Assembly: GCA_976551045.1 (NCBI GenBank)
Contig: CDPCPM010000012.1
Location: 40,548,001 to 40,612,000 of the forward strand
Origin: Glaucostegus cemiculus
Lineage: Eukaryota
Length of the DNA stretch: 64,000 bases
Direction of reading: 5' to 3'
A program made the translations under genes and the position numbers. A model generated the notes under the pieces. It saw only the letters and a list, made by a program, of their open reading frames with translations, was not told where the DNA came from and searched no databases. Within the stretch, counting starts at the first letter, position 1. Each line of letters begins with the position of its first letter. This document shows positions 1 through 11,899 of this stretch, piece by piece.

Positions 1-243
1 ATTGAACCGTCCCTTGGTACGATAAAATGGACTTTTGACCTCACAATATATCTCATTATGACCTTGCACCTTATTGTCCACCTGCACTGCACTTTCTCTG
101 TAGCTGTTACACTTTATTTTGCACTCTGTTATTGTTTTACCTTGTGCTACCTCAATGCACTGTTGTAATGAATTGATCTGTATGCAAGACAAGTTTTTAC
201 TGTACCTCAATACATGTGACAATAATAAACCAATTTACCAATT
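1..243 (+). mobile_element. Rex1/Babar-type LINE 3' end (cut by window edge)
   Basis: Ends ...ctgtacctcaatacatgtgacaataataaaccaatt; the same 3' UTR follows Rex-type RT sequence at 22235-22892 and 34721-35810. Confidence 0.8.
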
Positions 244-1266
244 TACATTGAAAATTTACTTGCAGAAAAATCAAAGGATAGGGATAACATGTACACAGAG
301 TGCCTCATTGTTAACCCTGATGGTTTGGGCATTCCTCTCTAGATCTTTACCTTCCAAGCACATCAGCTAAGAAAATTGCTGCCAGCTAGATTGCCATTAG
401 ATTTGGTGCTGAACATTTAATAACATTAAACAAGAACTGTGGTGAGAAACTAATCACCAAAAGAGAGGAAACAAAATAGCCCAAGAGGGCATTTTATTTT
501 CGTTGCCTTTTAAATCTCCTTCCACTGAAGATCTCATTATAGAGTCTGGACATTCTAATGCCTGGACATTAAAGATGTGTTATTTTAGACAGTGAAGACA
601 GATGCCAAGTGGTGCTTTGCTAATAAGACACACCTCTTTGAAAGTCTGGATTCTGCATATAATTTTAGAACTAATTGTTGATGATCACAGTTTAAATTAG
701 TCTGGATGTTTTGAGCTGAAATACTACTGATTAGAAGTAATTTTCATGGAACAGCATATAATTTTTCCCTGGACCTGTTTCCCTTGATGGTGTGGAGTGA
801 TTAGACAATATGAGCATATTGCAAATTGGCTCTGCTGGTGTCCTCCTCTACAGAAGAAGGTGATGCTTTTTCTGCCCGATTGTTGCCCAGGTTGTGTTGA
901 ATCCCTTGCAAGCTGCCCTTGATCATGGACTCCTTTCACCTGGTAACTCTTTTAAGATAGTATTGCCTGGTGTTTATTCACTTCTGAATTGAAGTCCTCA
1001 GAAATTACAGAGTAATTATTAATTGGTGAAGGCTTGATAAACTGGCCTAGTAAGTTTCTTGTTGTGCTTCATAATAAACATGAAATAGTGAGTATCCCCA
1101 TAAATTGGTTGTGGGATTGTCATCCATATCATGTGCTCTCCCATAGTAACAGATATAGGGTGTTTGAAGCTAGAGCCAGCAGCTAGAGACTGTACAGTCT
1201 CTAAATTCAAGCAAGTATTTTTATATTGTGATTGACTAACTAACGAGATTGAGTGGGTTTGAGTTA

Positions 1267-1372
1267 TCTAACTCCATCAACAAGTTTGCAAATGATGCCA
1301 TCGTAGTGGGCTGTATCTCAAATAATGATGAGTCAGAGTACAGGAAGGAGCTAGAGAGCTTAGTGACATGAT
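1267..1372 (+). mobile_element. Rex1/Babar RT fragment
   Basis: Translates SNSINKFANDAIVVGCISNNDESEYRKELESLVT, homologous to [24 protein letters not shown] of the element at 19.6-20.7 kb. Confidence 0.8.
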
Positions 1373-1650
1373 GTCTTTTTCCCAAAGGCAGGGAGTCTAG
1401 AGGAGATAGGGTTAAGATGAAAGGGGAAAGATTTAAAAGGGATCTGAGGGGCAACTTTTTAACACAGAGGGTGGTATGTGGAGCGAGCTGCCAGGAGAAG
1501 TGATGGAGGCAGGTACAATTACAATTTTTAAAGGGATTTAGATAGGTTTAGAGGGATATGGCCAAACATGGAGAAATGGGACCAGCTCAAGTTGACACTT
1601 TGGTCAATATGGATGAGTTGGGCCTGTTACCATGCTGTATAACTCTATAA
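1373..1650 (+). mobile_element. CR1 LINE 3' end
   Basis: RGNFLTQRVV-like coding remnant and CR1 3' tail gggcctgttaccatgctgtataactctataa. Confidence 0.8.
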
Positions 1651-2249
1651 TTAGTGAGGCTGGCAGTTGGACTAGTGATGGGATTGGAGGACATAGAGAT
1701 TTATGTTTGTGGTTGGGGGAAGGGAAGGGAGCAGTTTAAAACATAGTGGGTAAGCATGTCAGACTGTTGGTTTGGCAATATATTGGTAAAGCTAGGATGT
1801 TCCAGGACAGCCTATTGGGATAAGTGATCTGAGTTCCCCTGTAGATTTCACATTGGGACTGTGTCCCTGCTGTGGTAATTCCATCAGCATTATTAAGGTT
1901 GGTATGGCCAGCCTTCAGAATTTTAAATGAACTGAAATATCTTGTATATTGTTTACTGTGTCTCATTTGCAGGAAAATTATTTTAATTGCATAATACTGC
2001 AAGAGTTATACAAATGAACTTCAAGACTTAACCCTTTTTAAACTGAATCTGTTGTCCTGGGCTTTGTTGCTGTTCTGCAGTCCATCTGCCCACTGGTAAT
2101 GGAAGCGGAAATTGCTTTGGAGTATATGTGATCTGTACTGGTTAAGTGACTTCTTCATAAGGCGCATTTTTTAAATTTCCCCTTATTGCCTTGTATGTTG
2201 AGCTTTTTGCACGTGGGCCAATGAACTTCCATATGTTCTTTGATATAGA

Positions 2250-2848
2250 AAGAGGTCATTTTCATCCTATCAAGTTGGTGCTGCCCCACAGAACAATCCT
2301 ATTCCCCCACTAATTTTCCTTGTGACCTATTATAATTTTTTTTTAATTTAAAAAAAAATTTTATTTACAGCATGGTAACAGGCCCTTTCGGCCCAACAAG
2401 TCCACGCCGCCCATTTTAACCTCCCAAATTAACCTACCTGTACGTCTTTTTACAATGTGGGAGGAAACCAGAGCACCCGGAGGAAACCCACGCAGACACG
2501 GGAGAACGTACAAACTCCTTACAGACAGCGACAGGAATCAAACCCCGATCACTGGCACTGTAACAGCATCGCGCTAACCGCTATGTTATCGTGCCGCCCA
2601 AATTCTCCCTACATTCCCATCAACTTCCCCCAGATTCTACCATTCACTCACTGGGGGCAATTTATAACAACCAATTAACCTACCAACCAATGTATATGTG
2701 ATGCAGGAGAAAAATTTAGCACCCAGAGGAAACTCATGCAATAACAGGGAGAATGTACAAACTCTACACATGCAGCACTGGAGGTCAGGATTGAATCCTG
2801 GTCATTGGAACTGTGAAGTAGCAGCTCTACTAGCTGTGCCACTGTGCT
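2250..2848 (-). mobile_element. Older V-SINE (HE1-like), interrupted by a younger SINE
   Basis: Reverse tRNA-like head (ggtcaggattgaatcctgg) and V-domain (gggagaatgtacaaactc); body is split by the 2336-2599 insertion. Confidence 0.7.
2336..2599 (-). mobile_element. Young tRNA-derived V-SINE
   Basis: Near-identical to copies at 2966-3196 and 40259-40537; CpG-rich, with A/B-box-like head, V-domain and AT-rich tail. Confidence 0.88.
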
Positions 2849-2965
2849 TTTAATATTTTAATTGTAAGCTACAAAGACAGTGGCTGACAGTCTTACCCCG
2901 TGCTTGACTACAAGACACAGTACAAAACGGATGAGGCTACTACACTTGCTCATATTAGTCAGCTT

Positions 2966-3196
2966 CACGATAGCGTAGCGGTTAGCGCGACGCTGTTACA
3001 GCGCCAGCGATCGGGGTTCGATTCCCGTTGCTGTCTGTAATGAGTTTGTACATTCTCCCGTGTCTGCGTGGGTTTCCTCCCACATTCTGAAAGACGTACG
3101 GTTAGGTTAATTTGGGGGTTAAAAATGGGCGGCGTGGACTCGGAGGGCCGAAAGGGCCTGTTACCATGCTGTAAGTAAATAAAATAAAAAATAAAT
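2966..3196 (+). mobile_element. Young tRNA-derived V-SINE
   Basis: tagcgtagcggttagcgc (A box), ggttcgattccc (B box), V-domain gagtttgtacattctcccgtgtctgcgtgggtttcctcc, CR1-like tail gggcctgttaccatgctgta plus (taaaa)n. Confidence 0.88.
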
Positions 3197-4547
3197 TCCT
3201 GGGCTGAACAGATGCTGAACTTGCTGCAAGCAGGACATAAATTGTTCAACTACACATTTTACCAGGAGGTGGCAGTGTTCCTTAAAATGTACAACGTTAT
3301 ACCCGGCTGTGATCACTCACTCATGTTCCTTGTGGTGGAATGGACCCTTGTCCAACTTCTCACTTAACCCAACACATACCAAATACCTACAAGTGATCTA
3401 ATTCAACGTTTTCCAACCACATTTGATTCTTGAATGACTATTAAAAGTAGGCTAATGGAAAACTTGGCTGGAAGCTCTGAAAGGTAAATTATTTTCTCTA
3501 TCGTGCTACTTTTAAACTGCTAATAGTCTTGCCCATAGAAGGTCAAAATTCACAATCATTGTGAATCATTTTACTGACATGTTTATATTAAATTTAGACA
3601 CTTTAATTCTAAAGGTTATACTCCAACATAGCCCAGACATTGAGACTGGTAATATTACAGGTGGAAGTTGGTCTTGGTGATGGGGAGGATAACATACAAA
3701 ATCTCAGCCGAGTGTCAAATAGGGATTATGACCACTCCAGTAATTGGGTTGAGGAATGGAGTTGTTTACACAAATCTCTCAATTATTTCTGATTGCAAAT
3801 GGTTACAGTCAATAATACTCTTGACTCTTGTTTAAACTATCCACCCTTACTACTGACAATGCTACCTAAAGGAAAAGAAATCTTCCTGCATTCTTGTGAA
3901 CTGAGTTCACAGCACTGAAATGTAAATCAAATTCACAGTGTATAAAATATAATCCTTTAAAACAAACATTAGCTTTTCATGAGGTAATTACTGGCATGCA
4001 TAACCTCAAGATATTTCAGTCTTTTGTGACAGATCAATTTAAGAGATACTGAATAATTTATAGACATATCAGACATAGTACACAATTAACTGAAGCCATT
4101 CTACATCACATAAAGCCAGAGAAATTAAAACAATGAGGATCCATTAGTACCTTTCGGCACAGTGATTTTTAAACTAAAACAAGGTAGTTAATACTCAACC
4201 AGGGGTTTTGTGATGGCTTCTTTCATTATAAATTTATCTAAATCAAATTGTAAGGTAACTTCCCTATCTCTAACACTTTTGGAATACCTTGTTTAATGTC
4301 CTGTCAACCCACATCATTAAGCTTGTCTATTGAGATTTTGTTTTGTGAGATCTTGTTTCAATAGCATAAGCCAATTCATGTGCAAAATAAAGAGGAACTA
4401 CTATTTATTTTCATGCAATTGAAGGGACATTACTTAGGTGCTAAATGGCTGGAATTTTTCTTGTTTATAACTTCTAGGTTTGGGGCAAGGGGATGCATGA
4501 AGTGAGTTTCAGTTGTTCCCACAGTGTTGCCCTAAATGGTGTTGTAT

Positions 4548-4958
4548 GGGGCAGCACAGTGACTCAGCTGATCGAGCTGTTGCTTCACAGCTCTGGAGAT
4601 CTGGGTTCAATCCTGACCTCAGGTGCTGTTTGTGTGGAGTTTGCACATTCTCTCTGTGATCGTGTGGGTTTCCTCCAGGTGCTCCGGTTTCTTCCCACAT
4701 CCTAGAGATGTGCGAGTTGGCTGCTTAATTGGCCTAAATTTCCCAAGTGTTTAGGTGAGAGGTTGAATCTAGGGGAGATGAAGAGGGTATAGGAGATTAA
4801 GGAATGGAATTAATGTAGGATTGAATCTAGGGGGATTTGATGAGAATGTAGGAGATTAAGGAATGAGATTAATGTAGGATTATTGTAAATAGGTGGCTTG
4901 TGATCTGTGTGGACTCAAAAGGCTGAAAGGGCTATTTGCATGCTGTGTGTCTCTATGG
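4548..4958 (+). mobile_element. Older V-SINE with internal ~58-bp tandem duplication
   Basis: B box ggttcaatcc, V-domain, CR1-like tail; the unit ttgaatctaggggga...attaatgtagga occurs twice at about 4763-4879. Confidence 0.8.
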
Positions 4959-4987
4959 CCTATCTCTCCAATTTTTGGACTGCATCA

Positions 4988-5378
4988 AACATATGATTTA
5001 GGAGCAGGACTTGACCCCTCCAGTTTGCCTGGTTTTTGATAAGGTTATGTCTGATCTGATTGTAACCTCAATTCTGCATTTCTCCTACCAGCAGTAACCT
5101 TTCCTTACCAAGTATTCATCTATCACTACCTTAAAAATATTTAAAGACTTTTTCCAGCATCCATTTTGGGAAGGAGTTAGATTCACCACCCACTAAGAGA
5201 AAGTTTGTCTTACATCTGATTTAACTGGTGACCATTATTCTTAAACAGTGCCAACCAGTTCTAGATTCTCCCGTGAGGAAACATCATCTCCACGTCCATC
5301 TTGTCACATTTCAATTAGGTTCCCTCTCATTCTTCTAAACTCCAGTAGATAGAAGCCTAGCCTGTCCAACCTTTCCTC
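4988..5378 (-). mobile_element. Old CR1 3' fragment
   Basis: Degenerate reverse CR1 3' end, similar in layout to 36088-37035. Confidence 0.55.
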
Positions 5379-7049
5379 TGAAAATATTCTTCCCACTGTG
5401 TTTCTCACTAAGAAGGTTAGCACTTTCATTTACCTCAGTCTAATGTCCATTGCTGTACCAGAACATGCTTGAATCTCACATCCTAACTCTCCATCTTGCT
5501 TTCCTAGCACCAATCTCTCAAACCAATCCATGTCTCACCCCTCCATTGATTCATCTCCCTCCCTCCACCATCTTCCTCTGCATTGCTCATCAAATGCCTT
5601 CTCAGACTGGTCTCTTGCCATCCACCCCTTACTCCAGAGGAATGTCACTGATTTCATGTTCATGTTCAATTCCAAATTAACAGCTTTTTATCTCCTAAAT
5701 GCTGCACAGAGAGATTCATAATCATGAATATTGTGGAAATATTGAACCACTGACTTATTCATGTTTAAAATTAATAAGTTATCTGATATTCATAAAGCAA
5801 CTTCTGTCATTCATCTAGCAGTATGCATAACTGGACGTAGAGCAATAACCAAGATTTCAGTCTAAATTGTGCTTCTAAGGTGGCTTGTGAGAAGTCAGGA
5901 TTCCAAAGGCAACAACTAACCTTTTGTGCAGCTGTCAGTGGTTGTGTTCTTGCACTAAACTTTGTTTACACACTTCATTTCCATTCCAGAAATAGCAAAA
6001 GGCAAGCTCCATAAGACAACATGTGTAATATTCACTTGCTTTTCTATCTTTCCAAAATTTAGATCTTGACATTTTACTAGCTGTTTTTAATGTATTTTAC
6101 CCATTAAAGAAATGTCAAGTTGCAAGCATGCTTTTGAAGGTATTTGGAATTTGACTATGGATTAGTAAGAAGCCATTCTTTCTGGAAATGCTTGAATTTT
6201 GATCGCCCTGTCATGCTTTAATAGTGTTGTGGACTTGACGCTGCTCCAATTTTCCAGTTCTTGATTGGAAAAAATAGTTCAAATGATATAAACAAGTTCC
6301 AAACATGCAAAACTTCTATCCTAAACAAGGTTATAAATAATCTTGAAGACATTTGCTTTTGAATTATGATAAATTTTCATTTCCAATTTCCTATTATAGC
6401 ACTCATTGCAACATAGCACTTAAAAGGAGCAAACACTGTACAGGAGCAGCAAATAACTTGGGTAGGATAGAATCACGCAGTAAAGGAAGGAAAGAAATTC
6501 AAAAGCTCTTGTGTTATAACAGAGTTTAAAGAGAGCAGGGTTGAAAGTATAACCACTGAATTTGGAAAGGATGGGGAGATTACAGAGCTGAATGGAGCAG
6601 GTAATACTTTTTTTTATTGTTTTGAAAACAGTGATTTAAGGCTCTGCAAATCACTCTGACGGAGGTCGGCAAAGAATGAAAGAGGCTTTCAATTATATAG
6701 CACTTCCAAGACATCCAAATCAGTAGACAAGGTATTTCTGAACTGTAGCCCCTGTTGTTAAGGTGACCAGTTTGTGAATAGCAATGTGATAATGCCCAAA
6801 GACGGGCACTCCTGAGACCATGAAAGGCAGAAGGATAAGGACTGAACAAATTAAATTTGGAGAAAATGAGTGAATGAGTTTCAGACTTTAGGGAAGAATT
6901 TTTGAGTGATTTAATTTGCATTTATTTTTCTGATTGCAGCCTGGTTTTTAAAGTGATCTTTTGGTTACCTGCATTGAGAAGTGCCATGGTGAGGTAGAAC
7001 ATAGATATCTCATTAGCTTAGCTTAAATAGTAGTCTTCAAGTCAAAAAG

Positions 7050-9835
7050 ATTCTGGACGTAAGGTGATAGAGAGTACCCCGGTGGCTGTACCCCTTGTCA
7101 ATAGGTACCGGGGTTTAGATGCTTCAGGAAGGCCAGGCAGGGGGGCAAGAGAGGAGGTGGAGTGGCACTGTTGATCAGGGAGAGTGTTACGGCTACGGAA
7201 AAGGTGGAAGCTGTGGAGGGATTGTCTACGGAGTCCCTGTGACTGGAGGTTAGGAACAGGAAAGGGTCCGTAACGTTACTGGGTGTTTTTTATAGGCCGC
7301 CTGATAGTGACAGGGTTATTGAGGAGCAGATAGGGAAGCAGATCCTAGAAAAATGTGAGAATAACAGAGTTGTGGTGATGGGGGATTTTAATTTCCCAAA
7401 TGTCGACTGGCGTCTCCAGATGGTGAGGGGTTTAGATGGGCTGGAGTTTGTTAGGTGTGCTCAGGAAGGGTTCTTGACACAGTATGTGGATAGTCCTACG
7501 AGGGGAGAGGCTGTGCTGGATTTGATACTGGGTAATGAACCTGGTCACGTGTCAGATCTCTCGGTGGAAGAACATTTTGGTGATAGTGACCATAATTCTA
7601 TCTCCTTTATGTTGGCAATGGAGAGGGATAGGAACAGACACACTAGAAAAGTGTATAATTGGAGTAGAGGGAATTATGAGGGCCTCAGGCAAGAAATTGG
7701 AAGATTAAATTGGGAGCAGATGTTCTCCGGGAAAAGTACAGAGGATATGTGGCAGATATTCAGGGGGTATTTGGGTGGAGCTCTTCACAGACATGTTCCA
7801 TTGAGACAGGGAAGTCGTGAGAGGATGTGGGAACTGTGGTGCACGGAGGCTATCATAAAGCTAGTTAAGGAGAAAAGAAAAGCGCACAAAAGGTACAGGG
7901 AGCTAGGTAATGTTAGTGATCTGGAAGATTACAGGGCTAATAGAAGGAACTTAAGAAAGAGATTAGGAGAGCCAGAAGGGGACATGAGAAGGCCTTGGTG
8001 GGTAGGATTAAGGAAAACTCCAAGGCGTTCTACAGGTATGTGAAGAGTAAGAGGATGAGATGTGAAAGGATAGGGCCTATCAAGAGTGGAAGCAGGAAAG
8101 TGTGTATGGATTTGGAAGAAATAGCGGAGGTGTTAAATGAATACTTTACTTCGGTATTCACTACGGAGAAGGAGCTAGGGGATTGTAGTGGGGGCTTGCA
8201 GCAGCCAGAAAGGATTGAGCAGGTGGAAATTAGAAAGGAGGAGGTGCTGAAACTTTTGGAGAGTATTAAGTTAGATAAGTCGCCGGGGCCGGACGAGATG
8301 TATCCCAGGTTGCTGTAGGAGGCGAGGGAGGAGATTGCGGAGCCTCTGACAATGATCTTTGTGTCGTCGATGGAGACGGGAGAGGTTCCGGTAGATTGGA
8401 GGGTTGCGGATGTTGTGCCGTTATTCAAGAAGGGGAATAGGGATAGCCCGGGGAATTATAGACCGGTGAGTCTTACCTCGGTGGTGGGTAAGCTGCTGGA
8501 GAGGATCCTGAGAGGCAGGATTTATGAACACTTGGAGAAGTATGGCATGATTAGAAATAGTCAGCATGGTTTTGTCAAGGGCAGGTCCTGTCTGACGAGT
8601 CTTATAGAATTTTTTGAAGAAGTGACCAAGAATGTTGATGAACGGAGATCGGTAGTTGTAGTGCATATGGATTTTAGCAAGGCTTTTGATAAGGTGCCAT
8701 ATGCGAGGCTTATGGAGAAGGTGAGGAGACACGGGATCCAGGGGGACATTGCGGTGTGGATTCAGAATTGGCTGGCCCACAGAAGGCAAAGAGTGGTTGT
8801 GGAAGGGTCATATTCTGAGAGGAGGTCGGTGACCTCCGGTGTGCCTCAGGGATCTGTGCTGGGACCTTTGCTGTTTGTCATCTTTATAAATGACCTGGAT
8901 GAGGAAGTGGAGGGGTGGGTTAGTAAGTTTGCTGACGACACGAAGGTTGGGGGAGTTGTGGATAGTTTGGAGGGCTGTCAGAGGCTACAGAGGGACATAG
9001 ATAGGATGCAGAGTTGGGCTGAGAAATGGCAGATGCAGTTCAACCCAGATAAATGTGAAGTGGTTCATTTTGGTAGGTCGAATAGGTTGGCAGAATATAG
9101 AATTAATGGTAAGACTCTTGGCAGTGTGGAGGATCAGAGGGATCTTGGGGTCCGAGTCCATAGGACGCTCAAGGCGGCTACGCAGGTTGACTCTGTGGTT
9201 AGGAAGGCGTATGGTGTATTGTCCTTCATCGGTCGAGGGATTGAATTTAGGAGTAGGGAGGTAATGCTTCAGTTGTATAGGTCCCTGGTCAGACCCCACC
9301 TGGAGTATTGTGTTCAGTTCTGGTCGCCTCACTACAGGAAGGATGTGGAAGCTATAGAGAGGGTACAGAGGAGGTTTACGAGGATGCTGCCTGGAATGAG
9401 GAGCATGCATTATGAGAGCAGGCTGCGGGAACTCGGCCTTTTCTCCTTGGAGAGGAGGAGGATGAGGGGGGACCTGATTGAGGTGTATAAGATGATGAGA
9501 GGTATGGATAAGGTATATAGTCGGAGGCTTTTCCCCAGGGCTGAAATGGTGGCCACAAGAGGACATAGGTTTAAGGTGCTGGGGGGAAGATATAGGGGAG
9601 ATGTTAGGGGTAAGTTTTTTACTCAGAGAGTGGTGAGTGTGTGGAATGGGCTGCCGGAGATGGTGGTGGAGGCGGATACGTTAGGGTCTTTCAAGAGACT
9701 GTTGGATAGGTACATGGAGGTAAATAAGATAGAAGGTTATGGGTAAGCCTAATAGTGTGGGGACATGTTCGGCACAGCTTTGTGGGCGGAAGGGCCTGAA
9801 TTGTGCTGTAGGTATCTATGTTCTATGTTCTATGT
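7050..9835 (+). mobile_element. Young CR1 LINE: ORF1 remnant fused to near-complete ORF2 (APE endonuclease plus RT), inactivated
   Basis: EN motifs GGGVAL, YRPP, MGDFN, LDL, SDHN; RT motifs PGPD, NYRPVSLTS, QHGF, DFSKAFD, GVPQGSVLGP, FADD; tail (ctatgtt)n at about 9815-9835. Lesions: TGA 7240-7242, frameshift near 7950, TAG 8316-8318. Confidence 0.95.
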
Positions 9836-10329
9836 AATGTGGCTGAAACCATTATGTGGCAGTGAAGGGCCACTGCACCTTAGTGGTCTTTTCTTTCAAA
9901 TAAGCTGTTAACCCAAGGTGTACAACAAAGGATCCATGGTGAGTTGAAGAAGAGCAATCCTAACGTTGTGATGAGTGATCATCGATCAGGAATGTTAATG
10001 CTGTTTCTCTAACCACAGATACAGCCTGACCTGCCAAACATCTCCATCATTTTTTGGCTTTATTTTATGATAGCTTATTTCTAATGCAACTTGCATTGTA
10101 TAACTGAAGTATACACTAATATCCTAATTGGATATTTTTGTCCCTCAGTGGATATACAAGGTGTCAGCAATGATCACCACCCTGTTGATGGTTGTGGTGC
10201 AGTACTGAATCGCTACAATCCATGCAGGGAAGTTACTCCTCTATTACTGCTCATAAAGAGGACTGATGTTCCCATAAACCTGTTTCCATTCTCAAAGTTG
10301 AGACTGCTGTTAAAGGAGACTTTATAAAT

Positions 10330-11130
10330 TGCTGTAGAAGATCTGATAATGGACCATTGTGTGTTGGCAGTGGTGGGAGAGGAGTGGCTAATCCAGAAAT
10401 TACATTATATTGTATTACAGCTGTTTACAATTAGAGGTGAAGTGAGTAAACTTTTGCAGAGTACTTGATCTTTGACTTAAATCCTATCAGCACAGTATTT
10501 TTGTGGCTGGTCCTGTTAAGTTTCTGGTTCATGGTGACACCCAAGATGTTGGTGGAGAGTTTAATGTTAGCAATTAAGCCACTGAATAAAAAAAGGGATG
10601 GTTTAATTGTTATTGAAGCTTATACTTACTTGGTACTTTTGTGCAACATTTGTCCCTTGCCATTTATTAGTTCAAGTTTGACTGTTGTCCAGGTCTTACA
10701 TGCTAATTATAGAGTCATATAGCACAAAACCAGATCCTTTGACCCATCATGTCCATGTCAACCATCAAGTACCCATCTGTACGAATCCCTTTTACCTACA
10801 TTTGGTTCACAGCTTTCTTTCTTGGTGATTCATGTATTTTATTGATACAGTCTGCTTTATTTTCGGAGGAACAGCAAATGGAACTGAATGCAATATCAAG
10901 CCCAGCATTTTTGATGGAGGAAAAGCAGCTGAAGGTGATTGGTTCCAAATAATACCCTGAAGAATTCCTCCAACATCCTGGGATTGACCACCAGTAACAT
11001 CAATGGTCTTCCTTTCTGTGGCTATAACTGCATCCGGTAATAGTTCCATGCCTTGAAGTAATTCAATTCTACATGGATATCCCAATGCCAACCTTGGTTA
11101 ACTGCTGCACTGATGCCAAGAGTCATCTCT
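10330..11130 (-). mobile_element. Ancient CR1/L2-group LINE RT remnant with a nested short CR1 tail (about 10709-10810)
   Basis: Minus strand reads GGILQGII..PITFSCF, a decayed GVPQGSVLGPTIFSCF motif; related remnants at about 25290-25540 and 40140-41350. Confidence 0.5.
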
Positions 11131-11899
11131 ATGACAAGAGTGGCACCATTAAAAATTGCATCGTGATTTTAATTCATGAATTCATTAGCTTGTAGATTGA
11201 TGTTCCTAACATTGGTAATTCCAGCACAAAGTACTGGATTGGATATGAAGGTAGTAAGCAACCTTCTGTTTAAACATACCAAAATTGGTGGAGTTTATTT
11301 TATGCTCAGGCTGCAGATAAGATGAGTGGCACCTTTCATTTCCAATGCAACCTCACTTGCACTGCCCAGTAACTACCAGAATGTTAGTGAGAATATGACA
11401 ACAATACTTAGAACATCAATCCCCTGCAGGCTGTGTTGACGAAACATTGCAGCTCTAACACTGGGTTCAGTTAAATTTACTTGCATTTGACTTTATGTAC
11501 TCAGGGCATTACAATGCCACCTAATGAGAAAAGTGTTTGCCAATTACTCACCTGTTTTAACTGGATGAAGGGTATCCTGCTCACAATGACATAATGGAGG
11601 TTTAACTGTATGTGCTTCCATTATGTACCTTATGGGGCATATGTAATATTGGGTTGGTGCCACCATGAATTGTGCCATTTTTCTATGTGACCAGCTCCTT
11701 GTGCGTGCATATATTTGTATATATGATGAGAATATTTAGCAAGACGGTTCCTGAAAGTCTGTCTCTGTTGATAAAGTTATTGTAAGGAACACTGCTTGCA
11801 CGACAATTTTGTAAATAAAGTAATTTGTTAGTTTAAAGTTTTGTTGACATGAAGGATTCACTCATCAGAGATCACATTTTTTTGTGGGGTTCCAAAGTT

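Noticed and set aside
2966-3040. tRNA gene
   Set aside because: A and B boxes are present but continue into the V-domain and LINE-derived tail; this is a SINE head.
4763-4879. 58-bp tandem repeat as a functional array
   Set aside because: Only two diverged units inside a SINE body; a simple local duplication.
7240-8318. APOBEC-type editing of the CR1 (two Trp codons changed to stops)
   Set aside because: Two events are too few; a consensus alignment would be needed to show G-to-A bias.
8030-9566. Minus-strand ORFs of 60-193 aa over the CR1
   Set aside because: Antisense shadows of ORF2 with no independent motif; the same applies to the plus-strand ORFs over the Rex at 19.7-21.1 kb.
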